The notes under the pieces: generated by a model
What the model saw: only the letters and a program-made list of their open reading frames with translations
The model's database searches: none
What the model was told of the DNA's origin: nothing
Translations under genes and position numbers: made by a program
NCBI GenBank assembly: GCA_000388065.2
Contig: KB932205.1
Origin: Fonticula alba ATCC 38817
Lineage: Eukaryota > Protista > Nucleariida
Direction: 5' to 3' (one strand)
Length of the DNA stretch: 64,000 nt
In this document: positions 62,579 to 64,000 of the stretch, piece after piece
Position numbering within the stretch: the stretch's first letter is position 1
How the letters are laid out: each line of letters starts with the position of its first letter

Positions 62579-64000
62579 ATGCGCCTGGATGTCCGCTCGG
62601 TGCCCGAGTCCGACGGTCTATCATTCGGCCAGCGCGTTCTGGTTTCCTTCACCGAGGACGGAAGGTGGGTGACCATGCGCCATGTTGGGTGTCGATGGAG
62701 CTTGCTTCCCTTTTCCTGACATCTTATCATGCCCTTAGCTCGCTGCTGGTCGCCAGCCCGGGAGGACACTTGTCCCGCACGCCGGTCGACTATGCGCCCG
62801 GGAAGGACCTTGCCCCCGCCACGCTCGGGGCCACCTCGGAGCCCGTCTCTCTGTTCAATGTCCCAGGACTGGAAAATGAGATTGACTTTGCTGCCTATGC
62901 CCTGGCCACCAAGGTGCGCATGGGGGCATGGACCGCCTGTTGTCGATGTGCACATGTGCTCCACCTTGGGCCGGTTTTCCCGCACTCACCTTCGCGGTCG
63001 GCGTCTTCCCGACACCTGTTTCCCCTCCCCCGGGTCATGTACAGTCTCATCTGCTGCTGGCTGGCACGGACCATGCTCGAGTGATGCTGTACCGGCTGCT
63101 GCAGCCAACGGGCGCCTCGCCGAACATGGTTTTCCTGACGACCCTCGACCGGTTCTCCCTGCCCGTCAGTGCGCTGTCTGTGTCGGCCTGCGCGCGCTTG
63201 CTGGCCAGCTCCAGTGAGTGCGTGTTCCTCTGGACGCCCCACCCCCCGCATGGTCGGGTGCCCTGTCGCCCCTTCGTATCTCTAACACCACTGCCGTCGC
63301 TGCCTCTTCAGGGGCGGTGAGCTTCGTCTGGTGGCCACCGAGACCGGCTTGGACAGCGGCGCTGCCAGTGTTAGCCTGGCCCTGACGCACCACAAGCGCG
63401 TGGTGCGGGGGCTGGCCTTCGGCCCGACGGTCGCCGGGACCTCGCGCATGCTGGTGTCCTCGTCGCCGGAGGACGGCGACCTCGCCGTGTGGGCCCTGCC
63501 GGTGACCGGCTCGACCGCGAGCACCCTCGCTCCGGAGGCCAGCATTCGCATCTTCCAGCCGGTCGGCCAGTGCGTGCAAGATCGGCCCCGCCTTCGCTCT
63601 CCGGGCCTGGCATGTGCCTGTTGGACTGACGTGCATTGCTTTCCGCTCTCGCCCCGTTGGTAGCTTCAACTTCTCCGGACAGGTGGCCTGGCATGTGTCG
63701 GGTAGTTGGTTTGCCGTTCCTGGCCGTAAGAATGGTACGCCCTGGCCGGCGGGCCGCCCTGCTCCGTTGCCTTGCTGCTGTTTGGACCCCATGCTGACCG
63801 CCCGCTCAAAGGGATCACCATCGTGTGCCGTGCTCCGGCTGATGCTGGCCGGGCCTGGGCCGCTGCGGTGCACGTCGAGGACATGTATCTCGCCGGCGAG
63901 GTACGCTATGGAGTGGCTCCGGCTCGCCTGTTCTTCTCCTCGCCCGGTCCTCGCTTCTCCTTTGATGCTGATTGTTTGCCCTGGCCCCCTTGTCCGCTCC
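62579..64000 (+). CDS. WDHD1: WD40 protein, likely WDHD1/AND-1/Ctf4 N-terminus; truncated by the window end; multi-exon
   Basis: Splicing gives MRLDVR...VSFTEDGSSLLVASPGG...RFSLPVSAL...LLASSS...HHKRVVRGLAF...LVSSSPEDGDLAVW...QVAWHVSGSWFAVPG...ITIVCR...W, consistent with the AND-1/Ctf4 WD40 region. Confidence 0.65.

Overview
This is a 64 kb window of a GC-rich, intron-rich eukaryotic draft genome with many N gaps next to G/C runs. Introns are short GT-AG (donors mostly GTGCGT/GTACGT) and packed with poly-C, (CT)n and (CA)n on the sense strand. The style and gene set suggest a unicellular opisthokont, possibly Fonticula-like (inference only). Genes recognisable after manual splicing are a C1-RhoGAP, a Skp1-like protein, RPL35, an archaeal-type cofactor-independent phosphoglycerate mutase, an HGH1-like protein, a MATE transporter, RPL30, an Nsl1/Mis14-like protein, cytosolic HSP70, casein kinase 1, a C2 + FIP-RBD (Rab11-FIP-like) protein, DPH4, an orphan, GPATCH11, a large repeat protein and the 5' part of WDHD1/Ctf4. 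Three observations stand out. (1) The repeat protein carries about 18 copies of the CDCA3/Tome-1 DPRSP...RTP motif, nearly all with a full CDK site. (2) A compositionally distinct, highly base-paired intergenic element at about 16.76-17.43 kb is closed by a perfect 12-bp helix and is a candidate telomerase, RNase P or MRP RNA. (3) The C2 + FIP-RBD protein has the class I Rab11-FIP architecture, which is best known from animals. Two apparent duplications are assembly artifacts, one containing an Illumina adapter. I saw no CRISPR, tRNA, rRNA or transposase. Exon boundaries were read by eye and are approximate.
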